This document shows, in pieces, positions 52,254 to 64,000 of a DNA stretch of 64,000 bases (position 1 is its first letter; every line of letters begins with the position of its first letter). The stretch lies in contig NW_025765225.1 in the NCBI RefSeq assembly GCF_003918875.1, positions 1,240,001-1,304,000 of the forward strand. The letters are read 5' to 3'. Source of the stretch: Haliotis rubra (Eukaryota). The notes beneath the pieces are model-generated. The model was not told where the DNA came from. It did no database searches and saw only the letters and a list, made by a program, of their open reading frames with translations. The position numbers and the translations under genes are program-made.

Positions 52254-55200
52254 CTAATGTAAGTTAGGGGTACCTCTAACTTTGTAGGTAATGCACGCCA
52301 GGAGGAAGAACCCACCAAGGAAGCCCGTGATGGCGCCGAAGTTTCTTTTGATATTCCCCAAAGCTTCTGGGTAGAAGAGTTCCAAGTACCGATCTCCGTT
52401 GGGAAACACACAAGGCACGACTGGAATGATATATTACATACAACCAATGTTTGATATTAATATATTGTCTGATATGTTATAAACGACTTTACCTGCAATC
52501 CCTCGGACAAATACGAAGCAAATGTTCAAAACAACTTCTTCAGTGTCCCTCTCTGTTGACATTATAAGACTAGTATGTAGATATTGTAATAATGACTTAA
52601 TTGAATATGAATATCATTTTAGTTGAATGTCCAATTTATAATGATATTAGAACAAATACGTAATGGAATATTTCCAGCACAAACCAGATGGTAACACATG
52701 TTTTAATGACACGTGACTGTAACAATGCTATTACAAATTTATATATCTACATATTCCACGCAATGGAATTTAAGAAATGAAACCATGTAATGTGACACGC
52801 CAGATCATGTATACTAAGCAGCAAAAGAAACGTCAGTTTGGAATTGTCCTTCGCAGAAACTGTAAACTCATTTAATGTTTTGATTGTATATTTTCGACAA
52901 CATCTCCAACTTTACCAGAGCAAAGACATTCCTTTCCAAACACAGAATGGAACCCAGGAAATGGTCTCCAAAACGCAACCTGATCTCGGAGATGGTACGG
53001 TGTTCTCCATGTTTTTCATGCAACTCATGCTGCACGTGCTGTTCACAAGGACCAGCCCTATAAAATGCACCCCCAAACCTGGTTGAAACATTCACATTAC
53101 AACGTCAGCAGGATGCCGCGACTCACGACAGCTCAGAGGAACCAGGCGCTAGGAAGACTTGAAGCTGGCCACACTGCACAAGCCTTCGTCAATCACTTCC
53201 AGGTCAACGTTCGGACCATCTACAGGCTGCAGCAACGTTTCCGGGTCACAACACCAAAAATGATCGCCCCCGTACTGGCAGACGAAGGGTGACCACAAGA
53301 CGACAAGACCGCTATGTTGTGCGATAGCATGTACAGAGGTATCCTCCCAAAACTTTCACATCCCAAAACTTCCACAGCTTATAACAACAACATTTCTGGT
53401 TGACTGCAAGCACACACTTCAGCATACTGCATTACCTCAGTCTGTAATGATTTAACCCAAAAATCGGTAATGAATACAAACTGTCACTTAGTAATTAATT
53501 ATATATTTTATTAAGTCAGGGTTATTAACAAAAATATATACTTTTCTATCTACATGAAAAAAGAAGACGTTTATTCGTATTCAAGGCCTCATGGCCAAAA
53601 GTACAAAGGTGTATATACATATTTTCAGTGCGCATGGGCATCGAAGTGATTATTTATATGTAACAGAAATTGAATTGGTAGATTTCGTTTCAAAAAGGTT
53701 GCAAGATTTTTTTAAGCATTCTTGATTTTGCGAAGACATAAACAAATAAAACTTTTCATGTGTGTGATAGGTATAAAAATAACTTGGTAACAACAGTTTC
53801 CTGCTTTCATCATAGTATGGACAGACCAATAGAAAGTAAAATTCATCTTGAATGACATTATAATTACATTTTGTACCCTTCAGTAATTCAGTATTTACAT
53901 TTTTATCATATCGATATTGCTGTACATTAAGTTTATGGCTCATGCATCTTAACATTTGTGGCACTTACGTGAAGAAAAAGGTTCAGGATGAGATAAAATT
54001 GCAATTGTCTTGTCATAAATTGTCCAGAAATATTTCAAGTTTTCACAGGTCTTTGTCGATTTCGTCTACGTGGTGACAAGCAACCGATGCGACCACGCCA
54101 GCTCATAAGTGAGTCTCCCATTTCTCACGTGCAATCGGTGATAGGCAACTGAGTGACAGCTATTGACAGCTATCAATGTCTCACCACTTGAAATGTGCTT
54201 CGTTTCAAAAGTCAAAATACACTCGATCTGTGATATTTCGGTTCAATACTACTTACTAGAGCATTTCTGGTGACACTTGTTCCTCAGTACATTGTTAAAA
54301 AGCAGTTTTGAAACCAAAAAGGCTCACTTTTGTCTCTTTTGACGCATGCGCACCACCCTTGTTACATATAACAGCCTATGTAGAACATCTATATGAAACA
54401 TATGTCCTATAGTGTCCAAGATTTCACCCGCACATTTGACAGTCATAACCCTGTCACTCTATGCTGTTGTTGGAGCATTTTATACTGTCACAGTGTCACT
54501 GCCGTAACATGCAGTCTTTACCTGTTTTATACATAACAGGGACATCCATAATAAATGTAAATCTTTTGCCTATTACATATTCTTTAAACATTCTGAAATA
54601 TCTGATTGACAAATTTCTTTTAATTATCTTTTAAAGTAAACATATAAAACTCGCTATTGTTACAAATGTCACTACCGTTACTGTGTCACTACCATAACAA
54701 TTAATGCCAATGTCCATACCATAACATTATAAATTTCCTTATTTAATTAAAATTGATTTATGTGTTTATGCCTGGATTTGGTAGTGCAAAATATGTTTGG
54801 TAGTAGTGCCTCAAGTAAGCATAACAAATTCATACTCTCATTTGGAATTTTTCGGTACATATTACTTTATATTTGCAAATCAGAATTGAAAGGAATTGTT
54901 TGGCTTGTTGGCCCCTTTTAAGCAATAAATATAAAATTTGAAAACTCATTATATTGTAAAACTACATATTTTGACATACATGTACATCAAATGTACATTA
55001 AGCTTGCATAATTTATGTTTTGCATGTTCAGAATTCTATGAACGTAATCAACAACATTTCAAGGTAAAACAAGAAAACACAATTTACAATTTTGACCTAC
55101 ATGAAATATGCACAAATTTATATTATATATCTTTCAGATTTATTAACTTACTGCTGTCTTCTCTAAAAAAATCTCCTCTCTGCTAAGTCAGGTGTGATGT

Positions 55201-58200
55201 ATCATTACCTGTTGTTTCAGTTCAGTGCACTTCCTGGGCTATCCTATTACCTAAAAAGGGTTGACGAGGAGTAGTTGTTTGAACAATGTGTGGTAGTATT
55301 GGGATGTGGAAGTTTTGGGATATAACCTGTACAGAATCCCTTCACGCCAGACAGTGGGAACACACGGAAGACCAATCAGTACTGCTACAATACGCCGACG
55401 TCTTAACATCGGGAACATCCATTGCCGTAGACCTTACCTCACCCCTCGTCATCGGCGTGAACGTCTACAGTTTGCCCTACAACACCTAAACTGGCGAAAC
55501 AGGCAATGGAGAACTGTTCTGTTCACAGATGAGAGTCGGTACTGCGTATGAACTGCAGATGGCAGAACAAGAATATGGCGACGACGTGGCCAGCGTTACT
55601 CAGACCGATGTGTTATGGATAGAGAGTCATGGGGAAGTGCAAGCATCATGGTATGGGATGGAATAGGCCTGAACCAGAAAGTGGGCCCTGTGGTGTTCCA
55701 GAACCTTGGTCCAGAGAGAGGAGGCGGCATCACAGCGGTGCGCTACGTTCACGTAATGTCTTTGAATTGTGCTGAGTTATTCATCGATGTGTCAAGATAT
55801 TGTACACAAAAAATGTTTTTGATCCGCTCATTATGTCCGTGTCTGTAATGATCTGATTACAGTGCCTATCTAATTTTGAATTCGTACTGACGGTTTTTTT
55901 GCTGCTGAGCATATTACAGGCCAATGGCCTCATCTGTATTACGAATGAATACCATCTGTGTTATGAATGAATAATGTTGTTGAATGTCCCTATTTAAACA
56001 TCTATAGACTGAGAACTCCAGCGGATTAAAAAAACAAAATAGATAAACTATTATCAAAGCGCAATATTATATTAGAGTATGACAAGAGAATAAAACTAGA
56101 AACTTCAAAATCGTAAGTCGAGAATGGCTAACACCATACGTAACTTTTACCCATATCAAGCGGGAAATAATGAATTTGTAAAAATCTGTTAAATAAAAGT
56201 ACTCCAACTATAATCCGTCTACAGATGTGAAATTCTGGTCTCTAAGCCATTTACTCTTTGGATTATAAAGAAACTGAACCTAAGATCATGTATACCATAT
56301 GGATTGATTGAATAAATTAAATTTCTCTGTACATCAAAACTACTATCCTTTACTTACGTGACAAATTGCACACTGACCTATGGAACTAGATATTTGAAAT
56401 GTTGTGGAAATCTTTCATGTGAATTGAAGTATTTGCTTTGCTTATTGTTGCTATGTTTGTGCAGAAGTGATTTTTAAAAATACAGCGGGAAGATAACAGA
56501 GACTGGTCCAGGAAGCTTTATTGTATTTCTTGCAGCCTAAACCCCCATGTGAGATCTTACATTTGCTGCTGTCATCACACGTCAGGTTGAGGTTGTGAAA
56601 CTCGTTGGCCACATATATTTCACTGGCATACTTCTGTATGGTTCCCCAACTCAGCCATTTCAGGGGCTCGGGAAGATTGTCCAGGGTCCTGAGGTGAGAG
56701 CGAATGATCTTTTATTACTTACCCGTTGAATATATCACTGTTTAATAATTTTACAATGTTATTACACATTGTGTAATAACATCACGTGATGCCGTACGTA
56801 TGACGTCAAAGTGGTTTACAGTTATGACGTCACAATGCTAATACCTCTATCACAATAATATTAGACCTTGCTTGACTTGCGGAAAGTTGAGAGTCATCAC
56901 ACTCGTTGAATTCTTTGGAAAGAAGTACTTTGCTCGATATTATTTTACTAATGTTGCGTGAGTAATAAATAAAATACTAAACTATGTCCTGTATAATACC
57001 ATCTTTATGAAACTCGTGAATGGTATCGGTAACTAACTCGCTTTCGCTCGTTAGATACCAAACCATTCACTTTCATAAATATGGTATTACACGGGACATC
57101 GTTTAATATTCTTAATATCTCAAACCAAGCGGTTGTGGTGTGTACATGGCCATCGGCACATTAAAGATATATGACGTGAGCGTCCGTCTCTTGGTTAACA
57201 TTATGGAGTTAACTGAGACCACCAGTGCTAACGTCTTGCTGGACTTAAACCACTATATATTGAAACCATGATTGCTTGAATTACGGAATCTGATTCGAAC
57301 CTTCTATAATTAGATCTTAAGAGTCACTGGCTGGAAATCCACACAGTAATGAGCCAAATACAAATGACCCATCCACATCCCAAAGTGTTATTAGAAGATA
57401 TATAAGATGTTTATTATTACAATCTTTTATCTAATCCTTCTATTCATAACTATCTCATATTACAGAAATGTTTAAACTGGAGAAAGGTTACATTAACACA
57501 AATAGACAATAACAAGACAGTTGATGAACATTGACACGTTTAGCCTACCTGAGGAATCCAGAGGCAAGCACGGTTGATGCCGAGCAGATGAGGGCGGTGG
57601 TGTTGTTGGCGAGCTGGGGATCAAAGTACAATCCCATCATAGACACTGTGAGTAGCTCCCCACCGTAGTGAAGGATGAAGACGACAGCCAGGAACTCCCC
57701 AAACAACACCGGGTCAGAGTTCATGCCAGATATCCTGACGGTGAGATACAATACAGTAAGGGTTATAATGACACGTCTTAGAGATATAACATTTGCAGCA
57801 TGTGGAAGGAAATAGAGCGACGTGATGCAGATTTTAAGACGCTGAACAGGTATGAGCTCACCGCCACCAACTAATATTTATCACTAAGACTGATCAGAAC
57901 ACACCGCAAACATGTATCTGACCAGCATCACATGTAACTGTCCAGTATATACCACATGTAACTGTCCAGTATATACCACATGTAACTGACCAGTATATAT
58001 CACATGTAACTGACCAGTATCTATCACATGTAACTGACCAGTAAATATCACATGTAACTGACCAGTATATACCACATGTAACTGACCAGTATATATCACA
58101 TGTAACTAACCTCTATATATGACATGTAACTGGCCAGTATATATGCCATGTAACTAACAAGTATATATGACATGTAACTAACAAGTATATATGACATGTA

Positions 58201-61200
58201 ACTGACCAGTATATACCACATGTAACTGACCAGTATATATGACATGTACTGACCAGTATATATGACATGTAGCTAACCAGTATATACCACATGTAACTGA
58301 CCAGTATATACCACATGTAACTGACCAGTATATGAGCGTGGCAAACACAGCACTTGAGACCATACAGAAAGGAAGCACGTGCAGGGCATATGCTGTCAGG
58401 AAGGTGAAGGACGAATAGAGACCGTCTCTACTTTCTCTGTAGTATACTTCTCGGATAGAGGGAACTGAAACATCATTGCATATAACAAATGATCATCTAA
58501 ATTTTAATATGCATTTTGACTTGATTTGAAAAATTATACGCAACCTTGTAAACACCATATCAAATCACGTTCCTTATACACTGAGCATTAATAATTCGAG
58601 ATGTGTCATAGACAATCCAAACTTACAACCATGTCACTGCAATTTATAGAAAGCATATCTACAAAATGTTTTCATACAACAGATCCAATGCGGTAGCACA
58701 GCCTTGTGGGTCCAGACAATCCAATGATCAACATCATGAGCATCGATCTACGCAATGTAAAACCAACACTTATGGTAATATGGGCGGTAGCACAGTCTTG
58801 TGTGATAAGCAGGTTAGATTCCCGATATGAATAAACTGTGTGAAGCCCACTCAACCAACTAAAAGACTCACTCATTTATCAGATGCTTGATGGGCATTCA
58901 GAAGTTGGATGGTAACACCACAACGTATGGTATGGATTTACAACTTCTTTATGAAGAAGTATATGAACCCATACCATACGTTGTTGTGTCACTTATCTAT
59001 GCGTAAAGAATTCATGACCATCTTACACAGTCCGATGACATTGACAATGGCGACCCAGGGCGGTACACTGACACACTGGTACAGCAGCCCCGTCCTGTCC
59101 TGCACACTCTTCTGGTTGTACTGCAAGCGCCCCAGGAAGATCACCACGAACAACACAAAATTGGGCAGCATTGTCAGACGCCACATAAAGGAGCTCCGGT
59201 CCCGGCTTAGATTTGTATGCATCCGACTAAAAGGAAACCCTAGTTAACAAGCTGCAGAAGCTGTTTGTAACATGGATAAAGATAGACACTGCATATGTCC
59301 TGATGGGTGACTGGAATTCATGAGATGTAACTTAATTTGTACATGATAATATTATAAATGTCATTACTTTCCTCATTGGCGGGTATAGGATATACTGTAG
59401 TACTGTTCAAAGCAGCCTAAACTCAAAAGCCCTTACACATTGACACTGAGGCGTAAATGAACGCCTTTTATCTGACACATCTCTCTTCTTTCCTACATGG
59501 TAGTATAAAGACGTTAATAGACGAACCCGTCGCTCATTGTTTTAAGTGGAAATAGATAAACTTATCAAGGGACGCAACCCTGCACAGTAAATTACACAAC
59601 GTATGCAACATTATCAAAAAAATATACTTCTAGCTTACAAATGAACATTTCCCCAATCCATACACATATAATACCGACAAAACATAAAGGGAACTGATGA
59701 AATCAAATTAAATGTGTACTGACGATAAATCCATATTTGGTGTGTCCGCCATCTTGGGTGATAAGTGTATGACACCTATGATGACACGCACGCACGCACA
59801 CGAGAAAACTGTATGAATATTATCGGGACCTACTTGAGCAAAACCCACAGTACTCTGAGAGTGCCTGCACCCGTGTGACCTGTCCAGTAGCCAGGCTTGA
59901 CCATTGCTGAGCGGGCGACGGAATCGGCAATGTTGTGTCTCATTTCGTTGAATGCCTCCGACTCAGTATGGGTGTTCACAATGTGGCGAACTCGTTTGAG
60001 CGTGAACTCCTCGCTAGCCGGTGTTCGCCTGTCAACGCTTGACACGTCAACTGTAAATGATTGTTCAATCCTGATATTAGGTAAGCGTAAGATACTTATG
60101 AATAGCATAGCTGGATCCCGATCCACATGGAGTTCTTAGCTTTACGACCTATACTCTTTACTTACGAATGATGTAGTGCCACAAACGCTTTCTAGATTGG
60201 GTCCAAGAAGTGCACAAGAATAAGGCGAATAGTTCGTAAATAATATGTATTAGGAAAACAGGACTTTATAGTAAATAGCATTGCTAAATCACACTGTCTA
60301 AGAAAAATTGTCGTATGTAAACCTTAAGCCATGTCCCAACAAAAACGCAACTGGCTCACTAAAGCACCTACATTCACTGTTTATTTCATCAAAAGTTATG
60401 CTTTCTCCTTTATTCAGAGAAACGAATTGTGTTAATTCTTCTTTGATGAAAAAGTAATGTATTTTCATTTCTGTTATTTCAGTAATTACAATGGAATTCT
60501 GCCAAATTATACTTCACTAAATTGAAAGAAATAATTAAGACTAAGTTAAGGTCAAGGCTCTAAGGTCCAGTCCCAACACTACGCCTTCGAAGTGAAGGTA
60601 TTTCAGTACAGCTTTTATTGCTCCCAGGTTTATTCATTTTTTTCACAACGTATCACTCAAGTCTACAGCAGAGGACTTACTGTATTCATCAAGAGGATTG
60701 GCGTATTTTGGACATGGGTAACCAAGATTTGTGAAGTACGGTACAAGATTGTCAACTTTCCCAAAGTAGGCCAGTTCACCGAGAGACAAGATGGCGACTT
60801 GATCGAGCAGCTTAAAAATGTCAGAACGAGGCTGATGGATGGTAAGGACAACAATCTTCCCTCTGTGTGCTATGTCCGCCAAGTTGGACACAAGGTAACG
60901 TGCCGTGTAGCTGTCTAGCCCAGTGGTGGGCTCGTCCAAGAGGAGAATCTCTGAATACACAATGCCATTTAGAAAGTGGTCAAATGTAACACATGTTATA
61001 TTTGGGATTACACTTTCTCAGAAATATATAGACTCTAGCACTTTTGCTGAGAAAAGTGTAATCCCAAATATAACGTGTTACGATGTTACGAGAATCACTG
61101 AGGTAAATAGTAAACAGTGTAATATTGTCATTATATTCGAAGTGCTACATCAAATGTTTACTTAATTTATCAAATCATTTTGAGCAAACTTGTATCAACA

Positions 61201-62574
61201 TGCCTGACATAGGTTACTATCTACTCTATTCTATTCTGAAGCTAGTTAGGTTATAGTTACCAGGGTCCTGAAGCAGCTGCAGTGCGATAGTGACACGTCT
61301 TTTCTCGCCGCCAGAAATACCCCTGATGATAGCGCCACCTATGCGGCTGTCGGCAACATTACGAAGTCCCATGTCCATGAGGACTTTCTGCACCTGGAAT
61401 GATTTACCCAACGGGTGACAATGTCAGCTTAGATTCACACAATCGCGTAACGATGCCACAACATTCCTGATTTGTCCAAGGCACTTGGACTCAATATGCT
61501 TATTCTATTAAGAAATGGTACTTTACGAACGGGAACACGATGGCAGAATTTCTGTCAATTTTTCCAAATGAAATTGCCTTTGAACGGATGTTGACACTGT
61601 TAAAACTGAAGTAAACATCAGACATCTACCTTTTCCTCAACATCCGCCTTGCTGGTACCACCGGGGAGTTTCAGGTACGCCGTGTATCTGAGGGTCTCTC
61701 GGACAGTTAAGTTCGGAAGCAGTCGGTCTGCTTGCATGACATAACTGGCATACGTCTTCATCAGACTACCTGTACACTTCCGGTTCCGGAAACAGATCTC
61801 CCCACTCATTTCCCCCTCTCCACGACAGGATATTACATCAAGCAATGACGTTTTTCCAGACCCTACAGTCAGAATACAACCCATATGACTTGGAACAAAG
61901 GACGCGGTGTCTATATCCATTTACAGGTAAACAGTGTGCAAACAACATTTAAGCAAGAGTCGTATCGCCATAGCAGGAATTGTATTTTGTGAAACGCAGT
62001 TACCAAGACTAGAGCTGCTGGGACACTGATCACTATAAGGGAAAGTTGACCACAGGAAACTTGAAGTAATCTCTCTGGTCATATAACGTCCTGTGTTTGT
62101 TTTGTTACTCCAAATGATTATGCATAGATATAAAAATGAGATAAGGGGGTCTCATTGGTTTCTTTTCATCAAAAGGGAAAATAATTAACTAATGACAATA
62201 ACTCCTAAACAATATACTGAAATAGACTAATTGAAATTTGTAACTGGGATAATTTAGCTTTTTGTATACGCACACAGCAGTAAACAGAATGGACCCTGAA
62301 TCCAGTCCATCTACACACCAGAACTTCCAATGATAGCTGTTATCTTCCCACTCTCCAGTAGCATTGAAATGTTCTTGAGCACCTTCCGTTGCCGACGTTC
62401 TCTGAAGCACAAACCCTTCCACCATGGCCCCATCCATTCTTTCACTGTGTACGACACGTCTTTTACGGAGATGACGCCGGCGGAGGTCCTATCGTTTTCA
62501 CAAGCCACTTCCGACGGCATGGGTGACATAGGACGAAAAACGCCATTCACTTCCGTCAACGTGGAGGTGTCCAT
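52254..62574 (-). CDS. ABCG5: ABC transporter G-family half transporter, ABCG5-like, ~642 aa; exons 62319-62574, 61630-61862, 61261-61393, 60681-60950, 59834-60050, 59027-59226, 58326-58464, 57549-57734, 56561-56688, 52254-52420
   Basis: NBD-TMD order. Walker A GSSGSGKT, Q-loop YVMQAD, signature ISGGE, LLQDP/LLLDEPTTGLD (ABCG5-type), IHQPR, NPLD, SVQDRTGLLYQ, ANEFHNLNLTC. All GT-AG with consistent phases (1929 nt). Confidence 0.9.
53338..55327. mobile_element. DNA element with GG-terminal TIRs and 8-bp TSD (Merlin-like, inferred)
   Basis: TIRs ggtatcctcccaaaactttcacatccc / gggatgtggaagttttgggatataacc; TSD tgtacaga at 53330-53337 and 55328-55335. Confidence 0.8.
53568..53965 (-). mobile_element. 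LINE 3' fragment related to 31700-32281
   Basis: RCMSHKLNVQ, QDEFYFLLVCPYY; 3' UTR tgtacttttggcca..ggcctt....gaataaa shared with the other copy. Confidence 0.8.
56712..57110 (+). mobile_element. Second hairpin-terminated element (possibly Crypton-like)
   Basis: Short IR ttattacttac / gtgagtaataa (56712, 56958-56968), followed by an imperfect ~60-bp-arm hairpin 56973-57110 with loop tcgctttcgctc. Confidence 0.55.
57911..58333. repeat. 24-bp minisatellite (~17 copies) derived from the ABCG5 exon 7 / intron 7 junction
   Basis: Minus-strand unit atatactg|gtcagttacatgtggt includes the exon end and the GT donor. Confidence 0.93.
60986..61081. repeat. Short near-perfect inverted repeat (hairpin / mini-MITE)
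   Basis: gtaacacatgttatatttgggattacactttctcag / ctgagaaaagtgtaatcccaaatataacgtgttac. Confidence 0.8.
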
Positions 62575-64000
62575 TTCCCCTTCTTACTGTTTCAAAATCA
62601 ATGGAATACTTGTGTGACTTACGAAAACATCAACCGTAACCATCACGAACTATGACACCATGCATTTCTAGTGGTGTTGACTGGTTACGGGACTTAAATA
62701 TACCCTAGCGAAGAGAACATGCCGTCGGTGGTTTCTCCATAGAACGAAAACCACAGTAGTAATGTTTGAAATTTAACAGTTGGGTGACACCTATCGGGTA
62801 AACGGATATGATGCTGGCAAATCTAGAAACATAATTCGGGCAAATGGGAATTTCAACCCACGATTTTAGGTTAAACAAATTCAAATCTACAATGACAGTT
62901 CTAGGATCAGTAGATACATAATGTACACCTAGGCATAATTCATATATTCTTACCCTTTGCCTGCACCAGGCTTTCACTTCATATATTAAGCAGCAAATGG
63001 GTATTGCTCTGGCTTGACTGCTATACAGTCATTCGCAGCAATGGCCACAATACCTTTGTGATGTTGTTCACTGTATCTGATAACAGTCCAGGTGTATCCA
63101 GTTTAGCCCGCAAGAGCATTTCACCGATTTAGATTAACCATATATCATGTACAGCGGTCGGAGTGGTGTAAACACACGTTATATTAGCGTGACATTAACT
63201 AATGCGATAACCGACTTCGTCAATTGCGTTTTTGCCACATCCTATGGAAAGTAGTGTGAGTAGAAATATTACTTTACAGAGCCGTGGGTAGGCCCGTTAG
63301 TTGAAATGTTACGTTGTGATGCATGATGCAATCGATCTCTCTCTCTTCCTACGTATTTAGTGTCATTGTGTATGATTGGATTATCATTACATTATGTCAC
63401 AGTATGTCACCTATATAATCTACATGTAATTTCGGAGATATTTCCAAGAAGCTGTCTAATTTATGAGGATTACTTCAACTTGGGCTAAAAATACTTCACG
63501 TATGACATCCATGCATAAGTAACTGCGTGTGTGTATGTGTGTGCGCGCGCACGTGTGTCTGTGGTACAAAATAATTTCGCTTCTTTAATCCTAGCCCACT
63601 CAGGTACCGAGCTGCAATACGCATACCTGGATACCGCATCCAGACACAGTAAAGCAACTCTGAGCAAACCAGCCCCTATTTTATATCCCCTGAATGCCGA
63701 CTGTCATGCTGGGTACTAACGCGTTGCTATAACGCGAATTAAAACAAATCTCGTTATTTAAAACACACGAGAGTTTACGTGGGTATGTGCACTAAAGCGT
63801 TCGTCTTATCAACAATACACCCATACCTTTAAGCCCTCTGCCTGTCTTCACAGCAAATCTGGAAAGTATCAACTGTGGCAGACAGCAAATTCAAAGTGTA
63901 CATTGGTATAAATTACTTCTCTCCACGATAACATGACACCCCGTACTTTTCAGTATAAAAGATCATGGGTGTTTACCGGATTCAACTCAGTTGGGTTCAC

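Larger units (their letters stand above)
52812..55911 (+). mobile_element. Tc1-like transposon in the last ABCG5 intron, split by a nested element
   Basis: TIRs tactaagcagcaaaagaaacgtcag / ctgacggtttttttgctgctgagca with TA flanks. Transposase MPRLTTAQRNQALGRL (53113) resumes at 55336 (VLFTDESRY, IMVW). Related to the element at 31493-33594. Confidence 0.9.

Noticed and set aside
63485-64000. Possible first exon of a head-to-head ABCG8
   Set aside because: No recognisable ABCG coding motif or convincing ATG-donor exon before the window ends

Overview
Eukaryotic, intron-rich and repeat-rich genomic DNA with two assembly gaps (6758-6948, 36902-37069). The SINE families and the type of ionotropic receptor suggest a gastropod mollusc, probably abalone (Haliotis); this is inference from recalled repeats, not a database result. 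I assembled six spliced protein-coding genes by hand from GT-AG sites and reading-frame phase. (1) A 64-aa secreted Pro/Gly/His-rich orphan peptide built from micro-exons (-). (2) A single-domain secreted Kunitz protein with a candidate 6-nt micro-exon (-). (3) A GT7 beta-1,4-galactosyl/GalNAc-transferase (+). (4) A divergent ionotropic-receptor (IR/iGluR) channel with six tandem Cys-rich 21-aa repeats at its N-terminus (-). (5) A 141-aa TATA-driven orphan protein made mostly of cell-cycle linear motifs in the order seen in the Cdc25 N-terminal regulatory region, with no catalytic domain (+). (6) An ABCG5-like half transporter (-). Genes 1 and 5 are barely visible in the ORF track and are the best candidates for undescribed biology. 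Introns and intergenic DNA hold three SINE families, several LINE relics, Tc1/mariner, piggyBac-, Kolobok- and Merlin-like DNA elements (two multi-level nests), two hairpin-terminated elements and minisatellites, one of which amplifies a functional splice donor. No rRNA, true tRNA or CRISPR was found.
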